A DNA stretch of 64,000 bases from Chiloscyllium plagiosum (lineage: Eukaryota), in NCBI RefSeq assembly GCF_004010195.1, contig NC_057718.1:102068059-102132058 (forward strand), in the 5' to 3' direction. The notes beneath the pieces were generated by a model. That model did not search any database and was not told where the DNA came from. It saw only the letters and a program-made list of their open reading frames with translations. Shown piece after piece: positions 63,538 through 64,000 of this stretch. The translations under genes and the position numbers were made by a program. Every line of letters starts with the position of its first letter. Position 1 is the stretch's first letter.

Positions 63538-64000
63538 TAGTTTGATTGCTCATCAAGGCTTGCCTGTTTGTCCTTGGAAAGAGGTTTATCTCTCGGTTTT
63601 AATGGATTTTGATTTCAGCTTTGCCTTGCTCAGCTCTCTCCACCTTTATGCCAGCCCATATGCGATTTACACAAGCGCTCTCTGTTGAGCTGATAAATAG
63701 TCCACATTATCACGTCTCATGCACTTTGTCTGCTTCAGAACAAGACTCCAGTCTTTCAGAGTGACTTTGACAGCTCAGTCCATTACTATGGAGTTACAGC
63801 ACTTAATTAAACAGATACACTTGCCTTCAGGAACACATTAAAACCAGTGACTTTTCAAATCATTGGGTCACTGACTAGCTAATACTTTTTCAATAAGGTA
63901 AACTTTATGTTTTTTTTTTGTTCATTTCGTTTTGGCTAACTCAGCACATTTTAGGCTGATATCTGCATCACTCATTCTCAAACCCTGGTCTGGCACTGAC

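Overview
Eukaryotic, repeat-dominated DNA from a cartilaginous fish, almost certainly a shark (inferred from the many HE1-type tRNA-derived SINEs and their CR1-type partner LINEs). Most of the window is decayed transposons: CR1 LINEs, a second CR1/L2-group LINE with its own SINE, Tx1/L1 fragments, Penelope-like elements with hammerhead-ribozyme motifs, Deu-domain SINEs, two Tigger-like MITEs and probable solo LTRs. There are also three minisatellites and three assembly gaps. Nearly all ORFs in the six-frame track are TE fragments or repeat artefacts. Manual reading of the unique sequence gives a phase-consistent chain of six GT-AG exons on the minus strand (ATG at 62692 down to 20691, 211 codons). 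Weaker downstream exon candidates at about 16.0, 15.7, 12.0 and 11.2 kb may encode a SEA-like domain. I could not name this gene. Other points of interest are two minisatellites that appear to have grown out of SINE-internal motifs, fold-back mini-elements built from hammerhead-bearing Penelope termini, and several clean nested insertions. No prokaryotic systems, CRISPR arrays, rRNA or bona fide tRNA genes were seen. TE boundaries are approximate and family names come from recall of motifs, not from database searches.
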